This document shows positions 27,601 to 38,875 of a stretch of 64,000 bases of DNA, one piece after another. This stretch comes from Balanoglossus misakiensis (lineage: Eukaryota > Animalia > Hemichordata), in the NCBI GenBank assembly GCA_040954595.2, contig CM082586.2:1-64000 (forward strand), in the 5' to 3' direction. The translations under genes were made by a program, and so were the position numbers. Below the pieces are notes generated by a model. The model did not search any database. It saw nothing but the letters and a program-made list of their open reading frames with translations, and had not been told where the DNA came from. Each line of letters starts with the position of its first letter. The first letter of the stretch is position 1.

Positions 27601-30195
27601 TTGCCAGCGACTTCCGGTGGTAACGGCGTGGTGAAACTGGGCCAAGTTGCCGGCGACTTCCTGTCGTAACGGCGCGGTGAATCTGGGCAAAGTTGCCGGC
27701 GACTTTCGGTCGTAACGGCGCGGTGAATCCGGGCCAAGTTGCCGGCGACTTCCGGTGGTAACGGCGCGGTGAATCTGGGCCAAGTTGCCGTTGATTTCCT
27801 GTGGTAACGGCGCGGTGAATCTGGGCCAAGTTAATGGCGACTTCCTGTGAATCCGGGCCAATTTGCCGACGACTTCCGGTGGTAATGGCGCGGTGAAACT
27901 GAGCCAAGTTTCCGGCGACTTCCTGTCGTAACGGCGCGGTGAATCTGGGCAAAGTTGCCGGCGACTTCCGGTCGTAACGGCGCGGTGAATCCGGGCCAAG
28001 TTGATGGCGACTTCCTGTGAATCCGGGCCAAGTTGCCGGCGACTTCCTGTCGTAACGGCGCGGTGAATCTGGGCAAAGTTGCCGGCGACTTCCGGTCGTA
28101 ACGGCGCGGTGAATCCGGGCCAAGTTGCCGGAGACTTCCTGTGAATCCGGGCCAAGTTGCAAGCGACTTCCGGTGGTAACGGCGCGGTGAAACTGGGCCA
28201 AGTTGCCGGCGACTTCCTGTCGTAACGGCGCGGTGAATCTGGGCAAAGTTGCCGGCGACTTCCGGTCGTAACGGCGCGGTGAATCCGGGCCAAGTTGCCG
28301 GCGACTTCCGGTGGTAACGGCGCGGTGAATCTGGGCCAAGTTGCCGGAGACTTCCTGTGAATCCGGGCCAAGTTGCCAGCGACTTCCGGTGGTAACGGCG
28401 CGGTGAATCTGGGCCAAGTTGCCGGCGACTTCCTGTCGTAACGGCGCGGTGAATCTGGGCCAAGTTGCTGGCGATTTCCTGTGGTAATGGCGCGGTGAAT
28501 CTGGGCCAAGTTGATGGCGACTTCCTGTGAATCCGGGCCAAGTTGCGGCGACTTCCGGTCGTAACGGCGCGGTGAATCTAGGCCAAGTTGCCGGCGACTT
28601 CCTGTGGTAACGGCGTGGTGAATCCGGGCCAAGTTGCGGCGACTTCCGGTCGTAACGGCGCGGTGAATCCAGGCCAAGTTGCCGGCGACTTCCGGTCGTA
28701 ACGGCGCGGTGAAACTGGGCCAAGTTGCCGTTGATTTCCTGTGGTAACGGCGCGGTGAATCTGGGCCAAGTTGATGGCGACTTCCTGTGAATCCGGGCCA
28801 AGTTGCCGGCGACTTCCGGTGGTAAAGGCGCGGTGAAACTGAGCCAAGTTGCCGGCGACTTCCTGTCGTAACGGCGCGGTGAATCTGGGCCAAGTTGCCG
28901 GCGACTTCCGGTCGTAACGGCGCGGTGAATCCGGGCCAAGTTGATGGCGACTTCCTGTGAATCCGGGCCAAGTTGCCGGCGACTTCCTGTCGTAACGGCG
29001 CGGTGAATCTGGGCCAAGTTGCCGTTGATTTCCTGTGGTAACGGCGCGGTGAATCTGGGCCAAGTTGATGGCGACTTCCTGTGAATCCGGGCCAAGTTGC
29101 CGGCGACTTCCGGTGGTAATGGCGCGGTGAAACTGAGCCAAGTTGCCGGCGACTTCCTGTCGTAATGGCGCGGTGAAACTAGGCCAAGTTGCCGGCGACT
29201 TCCGGTCGTAACGGCGCGGTGAATCCGGGCCAAGTTGATGGCGACTTCCTGTGAATCCGGGCCAAGTTGCGGCGACTTCCGGTCGTAACGGCGCGGTGAA
29301 TCTGGGCAAAGTTGCCGGCGACTTCCGGTCGTAACGGCGCGGTGAATCCGGGCCAAGTTGATGGCGACTTCCTGTGTATCCGGGCCAAGTTGCTGGCGAC
29401 TTCCGGTGGTAACGGCGCGGTGAAACTGGGCCAAGTTCCCGGCGACTTCCTGTCGTAACGGCGCGGTGAATCTGGGCAAAGTTGCCGGCGACTTCCGGTC
29501 GTAACGGCGCGGTGAATCCGGGCCAAGTTGCCGGCGACTTCCGGTGGTAACGGCGCGGTGAATCTGGGCCAAGTTGCCGGCGACTTCCTGTCGTAACGGC
29601 GCGGTGAATGTGGGCCAAGTTGCCGGCGATTTCCTGTCGTAACGGCGCGGTGAATCTGGGCAAAGTTGCCAGTGACTTCCGGTCGTAACGGCGCGGTGAA
29701 TCCGGGCCAAGTTGCCGGCGACTTCCGGTGGTAATGGCGAGGTGAATCTGGGCCAAGTTGATGGCGACTTCCTGTGAATCCGGGCCAAGTTGCCGGCGAC
29801 TTCCGGTGGTAACGGCACGGTGAAACTGGGCCAAGTTGCCGGCGACTTCCTGTCGTAACGGCGCGGTGAATCTGGGCAAAGTTGCCGGCGACTTCCGGTC
29901 GTAACGGCGCGGTGAATCCGGGCCAAGTTGCCGGCGACTTCCGGTCGTAACGGCGCGGTGAATCCGGGCCAAGTTGATGGCGACTTCCTGTGAATCCGGG
30001 CCAAGTTTCCGGCGACTTCCGGTGGTAACGGCGCGGTGAAACTGGGCCAAGTTGCCGGCGACTTCCTGTCGTAACGGCGCGGTGAATCTGGGCAAAGTTG
30101 CCGGTGACTTCCGGTCGTAACGGCGCGGTGAATCCGGGCCAAGTTGCCGGCGACTGCCGGTGGTAACGGCGCGGTGAATCTGGGCCAAGTTGATG
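9673..30195. repeat. ~20.5-kb CpG-rich 46/32-bp variant minisatellite array with higher-order duplications
   Basis: The 46-bp unit GCCAAGTTGCCGGCGACTTCC(G/T)GT(C/G)GTAACGGCGCGGTGAA(TCC/TCT/ACT)GG is interspersed with a 32-bp deletion variant GCCAAGTTGATGGCGACTTCCTGTGAATCCGG and with 44/45-bp variants. Confidence 0.97.
15797..17216 (-). repeat. Inverted segment of the 46/32-bp array; mostly a mirror copy of 14480-15757
   Basis: The units switch to reverse complement (ATTCACCGCGCC...GGAAGTCGCCGGCAACTTGGC) and the ORF track flips strand. The rare variant CAATGTTGCC (15611) is mirrored as GGCAACATTG (16076). Confidence 0.95.
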
Positions 30196-30450
30196 GGAGC
30201 AGACTGGAGGGGGACTGGAGCAGACTTGAGGGGGACTGGAGCAGACTGGAGGGGGACTGGAGCATGCTGGAGGGGGACTGGAGCAGACTGGAGGGGGACT
30301 GGAGCAGACTGGAGGGGGACTGGAGCAGACTGGAGGGGACTGGAGCAGACTGGAGGGGGACTGGAGCAGACTGGAGGGGGACTGGAGCAGACTGGAGGGG
30401 GACTGGAGCAGACTGGAGGGGGACTGGAGCAGACTGGAGGGGGACTGGAG
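30196..30450. repeat. 21-bp tandem repeat GGAGCAGACTGGAGGGGGACT, ~12 copies
   Basis: Directly visible; it terminates the 46/32-bp array. Confidence 0.95.
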
Positions 30451-31158
30451 TAACGGGGCAGGGTTGGGGTCAAGTGTCTGCGGCATGGTGGGGTGTAATG
30501 GGGCAGGGTTGGGGTCAAGTGTCTGCGGCAACGGCGGGGTGTAACTGGGCAGGGTTGAGGTCAAGTGTCTGAGGCAACGGCGGGAATGTAACGGGGCTGG
30601 GTTGGGGTCAAGTGTCTGCGGCAACGGCTCGGTGGAACAGGGTAGGTTTGGGGTCAAGTGTCTGCGGCAACGGCGCGGTGGAACGGGGCAGGGTTGGGGT
30701 AAAATGTCTGACACAACGGCGGGGTGTAACTGGGCAGGGTTGGGGTCAAGTGTCTGCGGCAACGGCGGGTTGGAACGGGGCAGGGTAGGGTCAAGTGTCT
30801 GCGCCAACGGCGGGGTGTAACGGGGCAGGGTTGGGGTCAAGTTTCTGAGGCAACGGCGGGATGTAACGGGGCAGGGTTGGGGTCAAGTGTCTGCGGCATG
30901 GCGGGGTGTAATGGGGCAGGGTTGGGGTCAAGTGTCTGCGGCATGGCGGGGTGTAATGGGGCAGGGTTGGGGTCAAGTGTCTGCGGCAACGGCGGGGTGT
31001 AACTGGGCAGGGTTGGGGTCAAGTGTCTGAGGCAACGGCGGGGTGTAACGGGGCAGGGTTGGGGTCAAGTGTCTGCGCCATGGCGGGGTGGAACGGGGCA
31101 GGGTTGGGGTCAAGTGTCTGCCGAAACGGCAGGGTGGAACGGGTCAGGGTTGGGGTCA
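30451..31158 (+). repeat. G-rich 45/46-bp tandem repeat (~15 copies) with canonical G-quadruplex motifs
   Basis: Unit GGGGCAGGGTTGGGGTCAAGTGTCTGCGGCAACGGCGGGGTGTAAC. Many unit junctions read GGGG-TGTAAC-GGGG-CA-GGG-TT-GGGG. Confidence 0.92.
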
Positions 31159-31164
31159 TAAATG

Positions 31165-32010
31165 CATACATAGAGGACATTTCTGTACCCATACATTTCA
31201 AATTTATTAATTTTCCTGACCTTCACTATCAGGTTTTGGGAATGACAGGTAATTGAAATTGAATTAAAATACAATACGTAAACATATTTTCATCTGTGAA
31301 CTTTTAACTGGTGAACAAATTGGAGCCCATTATTAAAAAGAGTTTCCCTGAGCCTGTTTATACCATACCAGCCTAAGTATTAGTTGTTAGGGTAAGGGTT
31401 AGGGTAAGGGTTAAGGTTAGGGTTAGAGTTAGAGTTAGGGTTAGGGTTAGGGTTAGGGTTAGTGTTTGAGTTGGCTGGCTGAAATGGCACAAACAATTTC
31501 AGAGATTGAATCAATTTGCTTTGACTGCAAAATTCACTGAACAAAGTTTGCTCTGTGCAAACTTGTGATTCTAAGAAACACTGTATCTATGGACATTTAG
31601 GCTACAGTTAGATAAGTAATACTGTGTCCTAATCTGAATCCTTCCTTATCATAACATATAACCAGTGGGCTCAAGGGAACATGTAAGGAAAGTCAATGTC
31701 ATAATCCCCACTGGATAAATAGATTAAACAGCAACATTCTCTGTTTTTTTATCTTTTAGAGATTAATTTCGTTTGATACAGAATGATGAAGTTAAAAATC
31801 ATTATTTTTAACACAGAAAACTAATGCAAGTATTCAATGTATAGTTGACAACATTCAAAGCTCAAAAAGAGAGATTGTGACACTTTAATAGAAAACTGGA
31901 CAGAAGACAATCTATAAGTTTTCTCTTCATTCTCATTATAAACTCCTAAAATGCTGACTGACAATCTATGTCTTCTCTTTATCTGGCATTCAGACTTCAT
32001 ATGCCAAGAT
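31165..32010 (+). repeat. Diverged local duplication, copy 1 (paralogous to 37727-38875)
   Basis: Shared collinear blocks: CATACATAGAG..TTCTGTACCCATA, TTTTCCTGACCTTCACT, GGCTGAAATGGCACAAACA, TTGAATCAATTTGCTTTGACTGC, ATACTGTGTCCTAATCTGAATCCTTC, GAAAACTGGACAGAA, CTTCATTCTCATTATAAACTC. Confidence 0.88.
31387..31462 (+). repeat. Interstitial degenerate telomeric tract (TTAGGG)n, inverted relative to the terminal telomere
   Basis: TTAGGG TAAGGG TTAGGG TAAGGG TTAAGG TTAGGG TTAGAG TTAGAG (TTAGGG)4 TTAG. Confidence 0.9.
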
Positions 32011-35000
32011 GCAAGTATTTCATTGGGTTACTGGTAGACCAAGTCCTTGTCCATTTCTACTATCATCATCATTTGGAAAATCACCAGTCTTCACACTTCA
32101 GCTTCAGCTAAGAAAGAAAGAGAAAAAATAGATTCGCGTTTAATGAATGAAGTGGGGACACGTTTTATAGAATTGATTCATTCAGCTTAAGTTAAATTTG
32201 GATGTGTTCCAATACTACACGCACTCGTATAATAATGATTACAAACCTTTACATTTTCTTCATTTGAAAACCAGATATGGTCATCTGCCATCATGCAAAT
32301 AGTTTATGGGGTGAGTGCAAGACCAAGTCCTTGTCCACTTCTAACAATGGCAACATTCAGATACACAACATCAGCCTGCACTCTTCGCCATATTCTAACA
32401 AAAGTACAGAAAAATGTTATCAATGATTAATGAACAAATTGGCGAAAGATTGTATAAATTGATTCAATTAGTTAAATTTGGATTTGTTCCAACACTATAT
32501 ACAATCTTAAAATGTTGATTGCAAACCTGTATGTTTTCTTTATTTGACATCCAAATATCTTCATCTGCCATCATGCAAGTAGTTTATTGGGTGACTGGAA
32601 GACCATGTCCATGTCCACTTCTACCAATGGCAACATTCAGATACACAACATCAGCCTGCACTCTTCGCCATATTCTAACAAAACAACAGAAACAAAAATT
32701 ATTCATGATCAATAAAAAAAGTGGTGACATATTTTATAAAATTGATTCAATGAGTTAAGTTTGGATTTGTTCCAACACTATATACACTCTTAAAATGTTG
32801 ACTGCAAACCTGTATGTGTTCTTTATTTGACATCCAAATATCTTCATCTGCCATCATGCAAGTAGTTTATTGGGTGACTGGGAAACCAAGTCCTTGTCCA
32901 CTTCTACCAATGGCAACATTCAGATACACAACATCAGCCTGCACTCTTTGCCATATTCTAACAAAACAACAGAAAAAAAATATTCATGATCAATGAACAA
33001 AGTGGTGACATATTTTATAAAATTGATTCAATGATTTAAGTTTGGATTTGTTCCAACACTATATACACTCTTAAAATGTTGATTGCAAACCTGTATGTTT
33101 TCTTTATTTGACATCCAAATATCTTCATCTGCCATCATGCAGAGTTTATTGAGTGAATGCAAGACCAAGTCCTTGTCCACTACTACCAATGGCAACATTC
33201 AGATACACATCATCAGCCTGCACTCTTCGCCATATTCTAACAAAAGAACAGAAAAATATTATCCATGATTAATGAACAAATTGGTGAAAGATTGTATAAA
33301 TTGATTCGATGGGTTAAATTTGGATTTGTTCCAATACTATATACACTCTTAAAATGTTGACTGCAAACCTGTATGTTTTCTTTATTTAACATCCAAATAT
33401 CTTCATCTGCCATCATGCAGGATGTTTATTGGCTGACTGCAAGACCAAGTCCTCGTCCACTTCTACCGTTGGCACCATTTAGAAATTAAACATCAGTCTT
33501 CATGCTTGACCTTGCTTCATCTCCCATCATGGAAGTACTTTATTGGCTGACTGGAAGACCATGTCCTTGTCCACTTCTACCATTGGCAACATTCAGATAC
33601 ACAACATCACCCTGCACTCTTCGCCATATTCTAACAAAACAACAGACACAAATTATTCATGATCAATGAACAAAGTGGTGACATATTTTATAAAATTGAT
33701 TCAATGAGTTAAGTTTTGATTTGTTCCAACACTATATACACTCTTAAAATGTTGACAGCAAACCTGTATGTGTTCTTTATTTGACATCCAAATATCTTCA
33801 TCTGCCATCATGCAGAGTTTATTGGGTGAAAGCAAGACCAAGTCCTTGTCCACTTCTAACAATGAAAACATCCAGATACACAACATCAGCCTGCACTCTT
33901 CGCCATATTCTAACAAAAGAACAGAAAAATGTTATCCATGATTAATGATCAAAAAGGCGAAAGATTGTATAAATTGATTCAATGAGTTAAGTTTGGATTT
34001 GTTCCAACACTATATACAATCTTAAAATGTTGATTGCAAACCTGTATGTTTTCTTTATTTGACATCCAAATATCTTCATCTGCCATCATGCAAGTAGTTT
34101 ATTGGGTGACTGGAAGACCGTGTCCATGTCCACTTCTACCAATGGCAACATTCAGATACACAACATCAGCCTGCACTCTTCGCCATATTCTAACAAAACA
34201 ACAGAAACAAAAATTATTCATGATCAATAAAAAAAGTGGTGACATATTTTATAAAATTGATTCAATGAGTTAAGTTTGGATTTGTTCCAACACTATATAC
34301 ACTCTTAAAATGTATACTGCAAACCTGTATATGTTCTTTATTTGACATCCAAATATCTTCATCTGCCATCATGCAAGTAGTTTATTGGGTGACTGGGAAA
34401 CCAAGTCCTTGTCCACTTCTACCAATGGCAACATTCAGATACACAACATCAGCCTGCACTCTTTGCCATATTCTAACAAAACAACAGAAAAAGAAATATT
34501 CATGATCAATGAACAAAGTGGTGACATATTTTATAAAATTGATTCAATGAGTTAAGTTTGGATTTGTTCCAACACTATATACACTCTTAAAATGTTGATT
34601 GCAAACCTGTATGTTTTCTTTATTTGACATCCAAATATCTTCATCTGCCATCATGCAGAGTTTATTGGGTGAAAGCAAGACCAAGTCCATGTCCACTTCT
34701 AACAATGAAAACATCCAGATACACAACATCAGCCTGCACTCTTCGCCATATTCTAACAAAAGAACAGAAAAATGTTATCCATGATTAATGATCAAATAGG
34801 CGAAAGATTGTATAAATTGATTCAATGAGTTAAGTTTGGATTTGTTCCAACACTATATACAATCTTAAAATGTTGATTGCAAACCTGTATGTTTTCTTTA
34901 TTTGACATCCAAATATCTTCATCTGCCATCATGCAAGTAGTTTATTGGGTGACTGGAAGACCATGTCCATGTCCACTTCTACCAATGGCAACATTCAGAT

Positions 35001-37375
35001 ACACAACATCAGCCTGCACTCTTCGCCATATTCTAACAAAACAACAGAAACAAAAATTATTCATGATCAATAAAAAAAGTGGTGACATATTTTATAAAAT
35101 TGATTCAATGAGTTAAGTTTGGATTTGTTCCAACACTATATACACTCATAAAATGTTGACTGCAAACCTGTATGTGTTCATTATTTGACATCCAAATATC
35201 TTCATCTGCCATCATGCAAGTAGTTTATTGGGTGACTGGGAAACCATGTCCTTGTCCACTTCTACCATTGGCAACATTCAGATACACAACATCAGCCTGC
35301 AGTCTTCGCAATATTCTAACAAAACAACAGAAAAAAAAATTATTCACGATCAATGAACAAAGTGGTGACATATTTTATAAAATTGATTCAATGAGTTAAG
35401 TTTGGATTTGTTCCAACACTATATACACTCTTAAAATGTATACTGCAAACCTGTATGTGTTCTTTATTTGACATCCAAATATCTTCATCTGCCATCATGC
35501 AAGTAGTTTATTGGGTGACTGGGAAACCAAGTCCTTGTCCACTTCTACCAATGGCAACATTCAGATACACAACATCAGCCTGCACTCTTTGCCATATTCT
35601 AACAAAACAACAGAAAAAGAAATATTCATGATCAATGAACAAAGTGGTGACATATTTTATAAAATTGATTCAATGAGTTAAGTTTGGATTTGTTCCAACA
35701 CTATATACACTCTTAAAATGTTGACAGCAAACCTGTATGTGTTCTTTATTTGACATCCAAATATCTTCATCTGCCATCATGCAGAGTTTATTGGGTGAAA
35801 GCAAGACCAAGTCCTTGTCCACTTCTAACAATGAAAACATCCAGATACACAACATCAGCCTGCACTCTTCGCCATATTCTAACAAAAGAACAGAAAAATG
35901 TTATCCATGATTAATGATCAAAAAGGCGAAAGATTGTATAAATTGATTCAATGAGTTAAGTTTGGATTTGTTCCAACACTATATACAATCTTAAAATGTT
36001 GATTGCAAACCTGTATGTTTTCTTTATTTGACATCCAAATATCTTCATCTGCCATCATGCAAGTAGTTTATTGGGTGACTGGAAGACCGTGTCCATGTCC
36101 ACTTCTACCAATGGCAACATTAAGATACACAACATCAGCCTGCACTCTTCGCCATATTCTAACAAAACAACAGAAACAAAAATTATTCATGATCAATAAA
36201 AAAAGTGGTGACATATTTTATAAAATTGATTCAATGAGTTAAGTTTGGATTTGTTCCAACACTATATACACTCATAAAATGTTGACTGCAAACCTGTATG
36301 TGTTCATTATTTGACATCCAAATATCTTCATCTGCCATCATGCAAGTAGTTTATTGGGTGACTGGGAAACCATGTCCTTGTCCACTTCTACCATTGGCAA
36401 CATTCAGATACACAACATCAGCCTGCAGTCTTCGCAATATTCTAACAAAACAACAGAGAAAAAAATTTATTCATGATCAATGAACAAAGTGGTGACATAT
36501 TTTATAAAATTGATTCAATGAGTTAAGTTTGGATTTGTTCCAACACTATATACACTCTTAAAATGTTGACTGCAAACCTGTATGTGTTCTTTATTTGACA
36601 TCCAAATATCTTCATCTGCCATCATGCAAGTAGTTTATTGGGTGACTGGGAAACCATGTCCTTGTCCACTTCTACCAATGGACACATGCAGATACACAAC
36701 ATCAGCCTGCACTCTTCGCCATATTCTCACAAAACAGAAAAAAATTATTCATGATCAATGAACAAAGTGGTGACATATTTTATAAAATTGATTCAATGAG
36801 TTAAGTTTTGATTTGTCCCAACACTATATACACTCTTAAAATGTTGACTGCAAACCTTTATGTTTTCTTTATTTGACATCCAATTATCTTCATCTGCCAT
36901 CATGCAAGTAGTTTATTGGGTGACTGGGAAACCAAATCTTTGTCCACTTCTACCAATTTCAACATTCAGATACTCAACATCAGCCTGCACTCTTCGCCAT
37001 ATTCTAACAAAACAACAGAAAAAAAATTATTCATGATCAATGAACAAAGTGGTGACATATTTTATAAAATTGATTCAATGAGTCAAGTTTGAATTTGTTC
37101 CAATATACACTTGTTGCCTGCAAACCTGTACGTTTTCTTCATTTGACATCCATATATCTTCATCTGCCATCATGCAAGTTGTTTATTGGCTGACTGCAAG
37201 ACCAGGTCCTTGTCAACTTCTACCGTTGGCACCATTCAGAAATTATACATCAGTCTTCATGCTTGCTTGAACTTGCTTCATCTGCCATCATGCAAGTACT
37301 TTATTGGCTGGCTGGAAAATCAAGTCCTTGTCCACTTCTACCATTGGCATCATTTGGAATTTTGTCGTCATCCTT
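31940..37375. repeat. AT-rich ~281-283-bp satellite (~19 monomers) with 3-/4-mer higher-order structure
   Basis: AACACTATATACA recurs at 32491, 32774 and 33055. Identical or near-identical spurious ORFs recur at offsets of 843 and 1126 bp (34034/34877/36003; 33701/34544/35670). Edge monomers are more diverged. Confidence 0.95.
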
Positions 37376-37560
37376 CCTGCTTAACTTAAAGCAATTATAC
37401 TTCAATTGTTAGTTTCTGTTATATTATAGCACACTAGTAAACAATTACCAAAAATTTGCTAAACTTATCTACCATCACGGTTGGAAAGCTTCTGAACTAT
37501 TGTAGACATTGGGAGAACTTCATGACAAGATAAAATTCGGACAAGGATACATTAGGGATT

Positions 37561-37733
37561 CACATACACATACATTACATAGATGCATACATTACATACA
37601 TGCATACATACATTACATACATTACATACATTGCATACATACATACATACATACATACATACATACATACATACATACATACATACATACATACATACAT
37701 ACATACATACATACATACATACATACATACATA
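37561..37733. repeat. (CATA)n microsatellite
   Basis: Directly visible. Confidence 0.97.
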
Positions 37734-38875
37734 GAGAACAATTCTGTACCCATAAAATTGAGTAATTTTCCTGACCTTCACTTTCGGGGTTTGGGAAATA
37801 CAGCTAATTTAAATTGAATTAGAATGCAATACTTATTTTCATCTGTATACTTCTAACTGGGGCTAACAAATTACGGGCTCATTATGAAAAATAGAAAAAG
37901 TCACAAGAATACAAGTTTCTCATAGCCTGCTTATACCACTCCAGCCAAAGTATTAGTTGTTATAGTTAGTTAATGGTGTGTTAGTACGTTAATATGAAGT
38001 TAGAAAAATTGGCTGAAATGGCACAAACAGATTTCTAGATTGAATCAATTTGCTTTGACTGCTCAATTCACTAAACAAAATTTCCTCAATGCATACATGC
38101 AATTCTTAGAATTACTGTATAATATGGAAATTTAGGTTACATTTAAATAAGCATAGTTGAGTTCAATGGTTGCAGACTTGTTCTCTCTGATATTGCATTT
38201 AACACACATTAAACGCACATGTACATGTACATGTACATGTACATGTATGTATGTATGTATGTATGTATGTATGTATGTATGTATGTATGTATGTATGTAT
38301 GTATGTATGTATGTATGTATGTCTGTATGTCTGTCTGTATGTCTGTATGTATGTATGTATGTATGTATGTATGTATGTATGTATGTATGTATGTATGTAT
38401 GAGAATTCATACTGTGTCCTAATCTGAATCCTTCTTGTCATGAAATTTTCCCAATGGCTGCAACAATTGGGAAGCTCCTCAACTGTGATAGTAGACAAGT
38501 GTGCTAATTTACATAATTCTAATTTTACACACGTAACCAGTGTGATCAAGGGAAAACATACGGAAATTCAATGTCGATGCCATAATCTGCACTGGATCAA
38601 CATATTAAGGAGCAAAATTCACGCATTTTTGACCGTTTGGAGATTGATTTTGTATGACAGAAAATGATGGTTACAAATCAACATAAATCTTTAACACAAA
38701 CATAATACGAGTAATCAATGTATACGTGATTTCATTGAAAGCAATTTTGTCGCTTTAAGAGAAAACTGGACAGAACGCAATCCCTTCATTCTCATTATAA
38801 ACTCTTAAAATGCTGACTAAAAACCTGTGTCTTCTCTTCATTTGGCATCCATATATCTTCATCTGCGATCATGGA
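37727..38875 (+). repeat. Diverged local duplication, copy 2
   Basis: Collinear with 31165-32010. It lacks the clean TTAGGG tract, carries an extra ~260-bp segment with (TATG)n, and ends in one partial satellite-like monomer. Confidence 0.85.
38219..38401. repeat. (TACATG)n + (TATG)n microsatellite
   Basis: Directly visible. Confidence 0.97.

Noticed and set aside
1511-30195. CRISPR-like repeat-spacer array
   Set aside because: There are no unique spacers and no cas genes, and the context is a eukaryotic subtelomere. The variation consists of SNP and deletion variants of one monomer.
6803-31256. Very long ORFs (up to 3926 aa) as protein-coding genes
   Set aside because: The unit lengths (46, 32, 52) are not multiples of 3, all frames cycle through the same peptides, and there are no recognisable domains or proper ATG starts.
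1511-31462. Telomere-targeted retrotransposon (TRAS/SART/HeT-A type)
   Set aside because: There is no reverse transcriptase, endonuclease or gag ORF and no poly(A) tail.
32519-38549. Repeated 60-116-aa ORFs
   Set aside because: They are chance frames in the 282-bp satellite and the CATA/TATG microsatellites.
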